This document shows positions 12,807-24,411 of a DNA stretch of 64,000 nucleotides, one piece after another. The notes beneath the pieces are model-generated. The model was not told where the DNA came from. It did not search any database and was given only the letters and a program-made list of their open reading frames with translations. The stretch spans positions 2,418,001 through 2,482,000 of the forward strand of contig CM060732.1 in NCBI GenBank assembly GCA_030704615.1. The letters run 5' to 3'. The DNA comes from Takakia lepidozioides. Taxonomy: Eukaryota > Plantae > Bryophyta. Within the stretch, counting starts at the first letter, position 1, and every line of letters begins with the position of its first letter. The translations under genes and the position numbers were made by a program.

Positions 12807-14100
12807 CTATACAAGTCCTCCAAGGCATCGTGGACACAACCATTCTCCACTAGGAACCTCCTCAAGTGGCGGTGTCAAGCATCCCATGTGCCACCCCCTT
12901 GAGCATTTGTCACACACCAACATGGTCGCGGCACCACCAGCATGCCCACATAGCATGCAACGCAACCCTGCAGGTACCACTGCAAGGTTGGGATCTATCC
13001 TCCCATCCACATGTGGAAGGTGACATGACGCACAATTGCGCACATGGTCCTTTCATACCATGCCATCTCGACCCTCCAGAATCAACACTCCTGAAGGCCA
13101 CACCTCCCGGACCCTTAGAATCACACGCCTTGCTGTGACATCCAAAGTCGTAGGCGCTGTCTGTTGCAGATACACATAGTCCCCAAGGTGGAAATGCCGA
13201 ATATCTGGCCGATATCCCCCTCCACGTATAGTGGTGTACCTCAATGTGTCTCGATGTTGGGCAATAGTAAGGTTCTCAAAAGCCATAGGCATGACTCTCT
13301 TGAACAACTCTGCCCGCTGGGCACATGCTTGTGTCCACACATTCGGATCATCAAGGTTGAGAACTACTGCAGTCTCCCTGCGAATAGATGCAGGCAAATC
13401 TGGCTCTCGGCCAAAGAGAAGGAAATAAGGCGAGAACGAGGCAAGTGATGCTTGTTTGCTAAACCTGTAGCCCATGGCCAACCAAGGTAGCTGAAGGTCC
13501 CAATCTCCTAAGTATCCCTTCTGCAAGCCTCGCTTAACTGTTTGTACAACCCTCTCTGTCAGTCCATCAGCCTCGGGATGATCCCGAGAAATAGTACGGT
13601 GATCTATCAAGGCTTGCTCACACCAAGAACTCTCTCCCCTGGTCCGTGAGTACCTCGGCTGGAGCACCAAATTGGCTAAGCACTCGATCTAAGAATGCAT
13701 ACGCAGCCCCCTCACTTGCTTTGTTAGGCAATGCCACCAGTTCAATCCACTTGGAGAAATGTTCCACCATCACCAGCACATACTTGTTATGGCGAATCGT
13801 TAGTGGTAATGGGCTTACGAAGTCAAAACTTCAACGATAGCCCAAACCCATAATGGGTAAAAGATGCAATTGTGGAGTAGGTGCATTGAAAGAAGCTCGC
13901 ACTCTATCACACACCATGCACCTTGCTACTAACTGTTGCACATCCGTGTGCATGCCCCGCCACCAGTACTGTCATTGCAGCAAACTATGAGTGCGCCGCA
14001 CCCCAAAATGTCCCAACTCCTCATGGGCATGGCGTACCAATCGCGCTCGTTGTGTTGGATGAGGCACAATCCTCACTCGTCCATCCTCCCATACTCGGAG
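12807..14100 (-). pseudogene. Integrase with C-terminal PHD finger
   Basis: HHCC zinc finger and catalytic core fragments, then CMLC...LVCDKC...WHMGCL.PPL..VP.GEWLCPRC, a canonical C4HC3 PHD. Confidence 0.9.
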
Positions 14101-14479
14101 TAGGTGAGTCCCCTCCCACTTAAACCTCTTGGCTCGTTGTATGATCCGATCTCTCTCCTTAGCAGTCACACTGGCTGTTGTCTCTCTAGTACGAAGGTAG
14201 GCCAACACTGCTGCATCTTCATGCTCATCTTTAGCACCACCAAGCTCCTCACTGATCTCCGGATCGTCATGCACACCATCTACATGACCAATGCTATGGG
14301 ATGGACCAGCTTGAGCTCCCATTGCTAGGATGTACAAAAAAGCAGATGCATGCCATGCTGGCACCATCTCCTCATCCGTCTCACCATGCCACCGAGCTCC
14401 AGTATCATCATGCTCGCTCGTGCATGGATTACGACTCAATCCATCTGCATCCCGATTGACAATACCGGCTCGATGCACC

Positions 14480-15896
14480 ACTTGAAAGTCGTATTCTTGA
14501 AGCATAAGTGCCCACCGTGCAAGCTTCCCTGTAAGCTTGTCTGACTCTATCAACCACTTCAATGGTTGGTGATCCGTGACAAGTTGCCATAGAGGTAGCA
14601 TCTGAAATGTGTCACTGCCCATACCGCAGCTAGACACTCCCCTTCATAGGAACTATACGTCGCCTCGGCATCATTGTTTGAGCGGCTAGCATATGCCACT
14701 ACAAACTCTCTTCCCTCATCATCCATCTATGTGAGCACTGCTCCAATCCCCAGCATACTCCAATCCGTATGTAGCTGGAAATGCCGCCCCCGAATAGGCC
14801 GCCTCAGAATAGGTACAGAAGTCAATCGAGCCTTGAGTTCCTCAAAGGCTTCCTCCTGCTCCTCCTCCCACTGCCACTTCTGACCCACCTTGGTCAACTT
14901 AGTAAGAGCCTTTGCAATGCTGCTAAATCCCTTGACAAACCGTCGATAGTAGTTTGTCAACCCCATGAAAGCACGAACTCTGCTAACATCTATGGGGCGT
15001 GGAATGCATGCAATGGCCTCCACCTTCATCTTTTGAACACCCAATCCTCCAGGGTATATCATGTGGCCCAGATACTCAATCTGGTTGTGGAAGAACTTAC
15101 ACTTCCCAGGGTGCAATTTCAACCCATGCGCTCTCAAGCGTTCAAACACCACATGAAGGTGTCTCTCAAGCTCCTCAACTGTAGCACTAAAGACGATGAT
15201 GTCATCAATGTAACACCGGACAAAGTCTAGCCCCGCGAGAATCCTATCCATAACCCTCTGAAACTCTGCAGGAGCATTCTTCAACCCAAACGGTAGGAAG
15301 CGCCATTGGTACAAGCAATCCTTCCCATGTTGGTCAACCCCCCAGAATGTCGTCTTTTGCTTGTCAACCTCTTTGATTGGCAACTGGTGGTCACCGGATC
15401 GCAAGTCCAATGTGCTAAACACCTTCGCATGCCTAATGGCATCAAAGATTTCCTCTGGAGTTGGCATGGCATATCTATCGGACTTAGTCTGACGGTTCAC
15501 AGGACGATAGTTCCCACACATCCTTCTTTCTGTCCAATTGCCATAGATATCCTTCTTAGCTGGCATCACCGTTGCCGAGGCATACTCCCCGCCTGACAAC
15601 TCCACCAATCCAGCTTCGAACAACTCCATAGTCCGTGACTGGATCAATGACCTCTCCATGTCACTATACCAGTAGGGCCTTCGAAAGATTGGTGTGTCAC
15701 TTGCCAAATCAATACAAATCTCCTGACCCTTCAAACTCCCCAAATCCTTCAAACCGAAGGCAAAGCAATTTCTATAAGCCCTTAGAAATCGCTGGATCCT
15801 CCGTCTCTCTCCTCCGGTGATTGTAGGTCCAACAACATCCTCTGGGGAAGAAACATTCTCAACCTCTTCAAAAACATTGGCCACATTGGCCTCCAA
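14480..15896 (-). pseudogene. Reverse transcriptase - RNase H of the Gypsy element
   Basis: ORF 14727-15896 with RMCGNYRPVN, LDLRSG, PFGLKNAP, YIDD, YLGH, FMGLTNYYRRF; RNase H continues in ORF 13972-14637. Confidence 0.95.
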
Positions 15897-16079
15897 CTGA
15901 TCCTCAGTTTATGGCTCTCCCCACTCCTCATACTGCTGCTTGAGAGATTCCGCATCTCATCCCACATCTGCCATGGATGTTTGCACCCATGATCCTGTGC
16001 TCGCCCCCACTCACTGCCTCAACCGTCCCGGTTGGCAGAGGGGATACAATACCAAATGGGAGTGCAGAAGTAGCCACCA

Positions 16080-17060
16080 CTGTCTGCAACCTCCGTTGCT
16101 TAGCCATGCACAAGCCAATGACCCATGTCAAGCAATTTAGATCCATTGCTTGACCCAACACATGTCGGCGTGATGCCTCTGACAGAGCTGGCACAGCTGT
16201 AGTGCCCGTGGCAAATCCCATTGCCCACTCTCGCTCATCTGCATTGGGCTTCACCAATTGTTGTAGCACATTGTCCCAAATCAACCCAGGACCATTGTCT
16301 CAAAAAACATGAGACGAGGGAAAGCTCATGAGCGTAGGCAAGGCCACACGTGGCTGCCCCACTCGATTTACCATTGCTAGAGGTGGACGGTCATCATGTC
16401 GCACCCTCTGTGGTTGCCTCCCTTGGTCCAAAATGCCCTCAACTATGAGATTGGGTGGGCGTTGAATGGAACCATATGCTCTCTTGAGCAGCTCTGGTGG
16501 TGCAAGATTGGTCCACCACAATCGAGGTCGATGCGCTCGTGATCCCACCGCTGCTGCATCCAATAGCACTGCCGATCCAATCCAAGAACGCACCTGATGC
16601 ACACTGGCCATAACCCTGGCCCGAAAGTCCCCCATAAGAGGAACATTCTCCAAGATATAGGCTAGAGGTTGCACTTGCATCGTCTGCAAGTCACGCAACA
16701 CTTTCAACATCTCCCAAAACAAATGCGATCGTGCATCATGCAAGCCGTTCCCATGACCTGCGGGAGAGTGTCCTTGGCAATGCTATCCAGCTGTCATCAA
16801 GTCAATGGCACCATGCTGGTCCAAATCATCCGCCCCCAGCAAGGTAATGTCTGCTGGCAAGGCCTTTTGATACCCTTGAATTGCTGAGAGAGGCAACAAC
16901 TCAGGATATTGGTGTGTGAGCAAGGCGATGTGACGCATAGAAATACGCCGAGCTATCTCATCCTTTTCCTCATATAAGTACTTGAGTACTTTAATCCCAG
17001 CTTCCAACACTTCTACAAGCCCAGTGCTCATGCCTCCAAACAGGTCTAGCAAACAAATCC
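16080..17060 (-). pseudogene. DNMT3-like C5-cytosine DNA methyltransferase domain inside the retrotransposon pol (copy 1)
   Basis: Motif I LLDLFGG, motif II YLYEEKD, ADIT, motif IV DLMTAG*HCQG (copy 2 DLVIAEWPCQG), motif VI YILENV, motif VIII AHRPRLWWTN, motifs IX-X EREWAMGF...RRHVLGQAM. Same frame as the protease, interrupted only by stop codons. Confidence 0.9.
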
Positions 17061-20000
17061 CTGAGTCAGGTGGTTGCTAGGTAATGGGCACTATGTCCAG
17101 AGGAGCTAACTGAGGAGGTCCAGGTGATGTCACTGAACTCCCCTCACTCATCAATGGAAAGGATTCCTGCCATGCTTGGTGCACACTCTCGCCTGCTACT
17201 TGTTGCAAATTCCCAACCGTACCCCACAGTGGAATATGCACAGGCACATGAGGAAGCAAATCAGCCTTGTATGCCAATTGTTTGTCCTCATCAGGTGGTG
17301 GCCTATCATCTGCATGGCTATTGCCCTCCAAGAGCTCACCACCCCAAGCCACCACCCCTGAAAATGCAGCCAATGTGGGCATCATGTTCCTATGATCCAC
17401 CGCTGCATTTCCAATAAACCGCACTGGGAGTAGTGCACGTCGGCCATCCCCTGACTGCCATTCTGGCCTGTAGGATGCCGTTTCTTCCCAAAAGTCCAAA
17501 ATAAAGCCCATCGGGTATAACACAGCCCCACCAACAAGCACATCATAAGACATCGCGTCCGTAACAATGGCTTTAGCTCTCATGACAGAGCCATTTGTAG
17601 GATGATCTGGTTGCAATCGAATGAAGAGCTCATGGCGTGTAATCCCTCGTGCCTTCTCTGAACCGCCCAAAGATGTTTGAATTTGGAAAGGACAAGGCTC
17701 CACATCCGCCTCTGTAAGGCCCAAGCCTGCAATTGCTGCTCTCCCCAACATCAATGGCTGTGCTCCCGAGTCCAACAAGACCCGCAATGGCCTATACCTC
17801 TTCCCGGCCGGGCCACCCAGCTGAAACACACCATCCTGATTGTCCACCGGGACTACCCCAGGAGTCACCATACTATGCTCAATGGCTGGTCTAGCTGACA
17901 ACTCTTGCAACCTTGCAGCTGCCGCTTGCCATGGCGCAGCTATGGCTGTCTTCACCCTTGAATCCAGGGCATCCATGCACTGCACCTGATCCGCTATCCC
18001 CGCAGATAGTGCCGATGCATCACCACTCTCATAGAGTCCAGTCTAAACACTGCAACTGGCCGCATCCCCGACATTGCAATTGTCGTGGCAGAAAACAATG
18101 GAGCTTGGCAAATTGCCGTAGCCGCCCCCAACAATGTACTGGCTGCACCTTGCTTTGCAGCACCACCCACTGGCATTTCCCGAGCCACACTAACTCTCCC
18201 CAATGGCACTCGTGGCTCTACCTCTGACACACTTGGGCGAGCGTGTGCCATCGATGACATAGTTGGCACTATCTCAGCCAATGTAACCTCTTTGTGGATC
18301 AAAACCACATCCGCTCCTCTTGGCTCAGGAGCATGCGTTGTTGCTCGAGTGACAGCAGCTGCAGAGTCCACATGCAATGGTCCTGCAAGTGTAGCTCCAC
18401 ACATGAAACCCATACCAATCTGGTCTTCCCTAGGCATAGGAGGTTGTGCAGGTGGGGCTTGAACCTCAAGCCTTGGAGCTGGCGCAACATGAGTAGTGGC
18501 CATGGCAGCTAGACGTTGCTCTAGCTGGGCAAGTCTATCCACCATGCCTTGGTCATGACCTTGACCCTGACCCTGTGCTCCTTGGTTTTGGTTACGTTTT
18601 CCAGCCCGACCTCTGCCTCCTCTACCTCTCTGGACTACATTGCCTCGTCCTCGGCCACCATTGTTCCCTTGGAACTGGCCTGGCCGTAGCTCAGGATGCA
18701 AGTCATAACAATGGGCCTCTTCATGCCCATACTTGCCACAATGCCCACATTGTAGTTGTGTAGGCTGTGCCTGTGCTGGCCCTTTGCCTCTTTCCGGGCA
18801 ATCTCTCTTAACATGGGGCCTCCACACTCCCAACATGTCACACCCGACTATTGTTGGCCTGAGAATGAAGGAAGTGACCTCTGCAATTGAGATCCTCTCG
18901 ACCCTTCCCTGGGCTTCATCTGAGCCCTCTTGTTGCCTTGAGCACGTTGGGGTAGTGGTTGTTGTTGGCTAGGAGCCCCACTTCGTTGTGTCTCCTGACC
19001 AAACCCCACCATGACCACTCGCTCCTCCACCATATTGAGCTCTATCCGCTCTGTCAGCAAAAACACATTTGCTAAGTGGGTTGGTCCACTTGTAGCACCC
19101 TTCTCCTTAGCTCTTTGTCCAGGATCCCATACCAGAACTGGATTGCCTGAGCTTCTGTAATCCCTTGGGTTACGTTTATCAAGCGCCTCATGCGAGTGTA
19201 AGCTTCCCTCAAACTCTAAGTAGACCTTCGTTGGAACTCTTGCAAGCTCCGCAACTTCTCTGTCCTTATCCCTTGGTAGTTTCTCCTCAACTCCTCGAAG
19301 AACTCCACAACTGGGTTAAAGACATGCATGGGTGCTAGTGTTGTAGCAGGAGCTTGGGTGGACTTCCCAGCTCTTGTTCCACTTGACGTCTCACTGCTGT
19401 TTGCAGAAGCTGCTGGTGTAGCTGCCGGTGTCACCACTACCCTTGTGCCTCTAGTGATGGAGACATAGTCAGGTGACCAATACACCCGCCATTCCTCAAT
19501 CTCTTCCTCATGTCCCCGCCTAAACTCATGGTAGTCATCCATGGGCGGCCCCTCAAGGTGCTGAAACAGCCCCTTCCACGCCATAAAAGGCGTAAACAAT
19601 TGTGGATTATGCATCTGCTACAAATCACACCAACTATCAAACTCCTGTATGAAATCATCAAGCTCGATGGTGCCCACAGCTCCAGAGTACCGACGTGGCC
19701 CCTTGGTAGCTCTATACATTTCCTCCATCGTATCCCACAACACTGGCACGGAAATGGCTTGCACCCTCGGCGAGAATCCTCCTAACTCTGAGTCTGAACC
19801 TTCCTCAAAAGACACTGAAGGTGAAAGTGGCATAAAACGCACACCTCGTCTTGTATACCCACTAATATCGCTGGTGCTCGTACCGGCACTCTCCTCAGCA
19901 ACTGGTGGCATCTCCGTGATGAAAACTCACAACCACACTTGTTGTAAACCTGTCTCTAATCCCCCTTTCCACAAGGTAACCGGGTAGAGAACCTGTTGCA

Positions 20001-20529
20001 GCTTATGGCTTAGACTACTAGGTTCGTAACATAAACCTGCACCTGCATCCACTACAAGCACTCATATGGTCTGCTGGTCATCAACCCAGCCTCACCATAA
20101 GAGAAACAATGATGGTCTGACTGGTCATCACCCCAACCTCACCACCGACAGCATGCTCTAGGATTGGCCGGTGATCAAATCCAGACCAACCTCCTATGAA
20201 AACAAGCGCCCACACAAAACTGACATGGCGCACAGTCAAGCATGCAGGTGTGGGGGGGATCCAAACACAAGAAAATCAAGACAGTAACTCCCCCACACCA
20301 AAAATAACACTCCACAGTGTCGCTCCTGCAAGGACACCCCAGCCCAAACCCGGACTGACTCTTGCCTCCACCTACGGAAAGGTTTTGGCCTACATATAGG
20401 GTGGAAGACTACGAGGAAGAGAAACTAAAGCAATTCCTAATCCCAGAATGCTCTCATCCCACTAGTCTCCCCCTATCTCTAAACGCTCTTGTTCATGACC
20501 AACAGACATAACTACCTTCCAGGGTCTCT

Positions 20530-20860
20530 CAAATAACTCTCCAAGAGCCCTCAAGATGTCTCTCAAACAATCTCACTAAGGCCCCCAAAGCTTGCCAAAT
20601 CTTGGCCCTCAAGGACCCCAAAAAGTCCTTCAGACAAGTTGCCAAAGACTCCTTAAGCTCGCCAAATATTAGCCTCCAAGGACCCCAAAATAGTCCTCCA
20701 AATAGCCCTCCAAAGGCTCCAAATGTTTGCCAAATATTGGTCTTCAACGACCCCCAATAGTCCTCCAAATAGTCCTCCAAACACCCCTTCAAGAGCTCTT
20801 CAAGTGTCTTACAAAAGCTCCTCAAAGGACCCCCCAAAGATCCTCCAAAGCACTACTCCT
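20530..20860. repeat. Degenerate short tandem repeats
   Basis: Recurring units such as CCCCAAATAGTCCTCCAAA and GCCAAATATT/CTTGG.CCTCAAGGA. Confidence 0.6.
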
Positions 20861-20892
20861 CCAGATACACCCTAGATGTCATATCTTTTAAT

Positions 20893-21105
20893 GAAAACGT
20901 ATGGTAGGCAAAGTCTCTCCACTTGTATCCATACACTGTTTACAAAAGGGTATGGTGGAGCAAAGGGAGCCCATATACTGTTCACAAAAACGTATGTTGG
21001 GCAGAGGGGGACCATACACTGTCCACAAAAGTGTATGTTGGGCAGAGGGGTTCCATACTTTGTTCACAAAAGTGTATGGTGGGGCAGAGGGAGCCCATAC
21101 TCAGT
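20893..21105. repeat. Tandem repeat, ~41-42 bp unit, about 5 copies
   Basis: TGTTCACAAAAGTGTATG(T/G)TGGGCAGAGGG(A/G)..CCATAC repeated. Confidence 0.8.
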
Positions 21106-22639
21106 TTCTTGACGAGTATGGAGACTAGGGTTTGTAGAGTATAGTAAGAAACATTCTTCATGGTATCTTCCCCCCTAACATGCATGCAAGATTGCATTAT
21201 CTTACTTTGCAATGCATTCATCCCAAATTGACAAGTTCTTCTTGATCTCCTTGGAACTCATAGCAAGCTAATGTGCCCAATGACAAGCGCCAAGCCTTGC
21301 TTGAATTTGAATTTTGTATGCCATCTTCCATGTGCTTTCCCTTGCATGGGCTAGTCACACACACTTCCACCTCTTGACCTAGGTGTTCTCTTCATTCATC
21401 ATAATGTGTATCCACACCTCTATTCAAGAGCTCATCTTCTTAAACTTGAAGTCACAAGCCCTAAAGAGCATGCTCCACATAAGCATCACTTGCTTGATCA
21501 ACCATCCACCACAAAACTTAAGCAAAAAGGGAATGAATACATGAGCTTCACCTTCCCCTTCCTTGTCTTGTCACATACTAATGTATGGTTGAAGTTGCTA
21601 TGCATGCCGTGAGCCACAATCACATTTCTTCATGAAGACCACCTCCAATGATCTCCCACATGTGCTCCAAGCTCTTCAATACTCTAGGCTTGGTTTCACA
21701 TCATCATGGATAGAATTCTCACCCACATGCTTCCATTTGGAGTCATCTTGAGCTTCTTGATGCTCCAAGTGGTTGTTTTTGTTGTCTTCAAGCCCTAGCC
21801 TACGTAGCTCTTTGGCTTTTCTTCCACAACATGCACCACCTCATACACAAGGAATGAACTTGCTCACTTCACCTTCTAGCTCTCCTCAAGCTTGAACTGG
21901 AAGCCACACTTGGAAAGCATGCTCCACACATGCGCCACTTGCTTGGTCAATCACTTGCTTCACCAAGAGCAATCCAAGAACTCATAGAACTAGCAAAAGC
22001 ACTCCCTTCTAGCGCCGCCTTCGCTTGCTTGTTTGTCAATCAAATTAAACCCCACTTGGCTTCATTTCACCATGGATAGAAGAACCACTTCTTATCTTCT
22101 CTTGAGCTATTCAATGCTCCTCAAGCTACCCTTGTTGTACTCCTTCTATGGTATTTCCAACCCAAGCATGTGCCGCTCTTTGGCTTCTCTTTCACACCAT
22201 GAACAAGTACTAGAGCTTGCTCTTGAAACCCCTAGTGTTTATCTTCTTCACACACAAGACGTTTCTCTTGTGATGCAAGAGCTCTTTTCCAAGCTCTCAA
22301 ACCCTTAGTGCACATACAAACACTTACCTTGCAAAACCATGCAAGCTTTGTGATACAAGAGCTCTCTCCTTAAGCTCTCCACCTCTGCAAAGTCTTGTAA
22401 CTCAAGAGCTCTCTCCTTGAGCTCTCCACCTCTTTGATGCAATGCAAAAACACTCCTCCTTGCAGCACCTTGCAAACCTTGTGAGATACTTAAGCTTTCC
22501 TAGCTCTCTCACTCCTTGGTGTACACCAACACAAGTGCTAAAACTAATCCTTACACTCCGCACTCACAAGCATAAGGTGATCTTCTTGTAGTGATAATGG
22601 AAGTGAACACACAATGGAAACACTCCACTCATGAATCCA

Positions 22640-22955
22640 CTCAATCACATAAACTAAGTCAAGCCAAGGGCACCTTTGCTAAATGAATCCACCATACAAA
22701 GCCCTCACCACACTCCTCTCAATACCTAGAGCTATGGAGGTGGGAGAGGCTCATGGAGGCTCAACTACAAGAAGATGAGCCATCCTTAACACTCACAAGG
22801 GGAAAACCCATCCCCATGTCCCAAGTGAGGTTTGACACCTCACTTGGCATGTGAGACCAAATGAAGTCCCAACACACAAAATACAATATAAATATCCAAA
22901 ATGTCCTAGTTAACTAGAAGTAGGTAATTCTAGTTAACCATGACTAAAACTATGA
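22640..22955. repeat. Dispersed repeat with a second copy at ~50425-50740; possibly LTR-derived
   Basis: Shared blocks AAACTAAGTCAAGCCAAGG, CTAGAGCTATGGAGGTG, TAACTAGAAGTAGGTAATTCTAGTTAACCATGACTAAAAC at both loci. Confidence 0.8.
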
Positions 22956-23745
22956 CAAAACCCTAGAATTACAGGGTCACATGCTGCGGGCTGTGGAGCG
23001 AAGGATGCGCTGAAGCTGGAGTATGTCGTTGGGTGACAAGCAGCAATGTCAAGGCTCATTGTGAGCAATTCTCACTGCAACATTTGATGTCTTGTAGCTC
23101 TTGGTTATTAAGCTTAGCGGCTGGGTTTTTTATTTTTTATTTTTTATGATAGTGGCTTAATTGTTGTTCAGCTTCTGCAGCTTTATGGTTAGCATGGAGA
23201 TAGGATGTGGCTGGCAGGGCGGGAAGCTGGGATGGCAAGTGGATAGACGGGCGATAGGCTATAAGCCTGGTGGCTTCATCATTTTGGCTGTCTTTTTCTA
23301 GATAGTGGTTGGAGTGTAGTATGAAAGATGGAGGGTGATGTGGTGAACAAACCTAGAAGCATTTGAGCGGAGGCTGTATTTTGGGAGGATATTGATGTAC
23401 TAGAGGTGATGGCGATTTGAATGGAGAAGTGTGCAGCCATTTTGGGGCATCTGGTGTACATGTCTTCGTTGGGTTGAGTGTAGCTGCAGCAGCTGAGTAT
23501 TTACAAAGTCCCATTGGGATCTCTGTAGTCTTCAATTTATAGCTCGTTCTGCTCTTCTGTCTGTTGTATGTAGGAGCTGCTGTCTGTTTAGCAGTGGGTG
23601 GTGTCTTCGCATGTAGTTGATACTCTGGAATTTGATTTTAGTAGACTAACCTTCATGTTTCTGAATTAGGTTGGGTAGTAATGGGGTTTTTATCTTAAGA
23701 ATGGTTTTTGCACTTTGGGTTGCTGGGTATCAAGTGAGGGGAAGC

Positions 23746-23924
23746 GACAACCAGCATGTAGCCCAGTGGTAATGGGCACATACCACGTTGGATGTGGTTG
23801 TGGGTTCAAACCACGGTCTGGTGCATCATGAAGGTGTCCACCTTTCAGCTGGAAGGCAGTAGCCCTTGTGGTGAAGAGACACCATAAGTTACGCTCCTTT
23901 CGGGAGGCGTCATACTTTTTTTTT
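23746..23924 (+). mobile_element. tRNA-derived SINE with structured 3' domain and poly-T tail
   Basis: A box TAGCCCAGTGG, B box GGTTCAAACC, T9 tail, 9-bp TSD AGGGGAAGC (23737-23745 and 23925-23933). Confidence 0.85.
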
Positions 23925-24411
23925 AGGGGAAGCATATAATGTGGGGCTCATCATAGAATTAGGTTAGTAAACTAACTATTGTCATTAATCTAGGGCTGGG
24001 CATGAGAGGGCTTATCATTTGAAGGGTTTATCTACTTTTCTTGGCTCCATAGTAGCTGCTGGGTATGGGGTGAACATCTGCATGTCATGAGTAGTGTGGT
24101 TGGGTCCTGTCTGCATCATTGCTTCAGCCTCATGCATGATAGGGTAATTGCATTGGCACTGAGTCAATGACGTTTGAATGACTGCAGAATAGCTACATTT
24201 GCAAAGGGTTCACATGTATCTCTGTTTAATGCATTCTTAGCTCGTCATTTCAGTTGATATGATTTAGGGTCTATATTTCTACTTTGTATCTCATTGCTTA
24301 GGCTGGGTTAGTATAGTTGGTGTGATTCTCTCTGAAACATTTATGTAGGGTCATGAGTCTTCTCTGCTTTAGCTGAATAGAGCTCTGTAGTATTTAGGTC
24401 TGGTTAAGCAT

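Larger units (their letters stand above)
12807..19911 (-). mobile_element. Ty3/Gypsy-type retrotransposon, decayed (copy 1); order gag - CCHC - protease - C5 DNA methyltransferase - RT - RNase H - integrase - PHD; LTRs not identified
   Basis: Gag (ELDDFIQEFDSWC...LRSLQEFQR...SLREAYTRMRRL), knuckle CGHCGKYGHEEAHC, protease LLDSGA, RT (LDLRSG, FLPFGLKNAP, YIDD), RNase H ([17 protein letters not shown]), integrase (HEELGHFG, HPEADGLTER). RT-RH-IN order is Gypsy-type. Confidence 0.93.
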
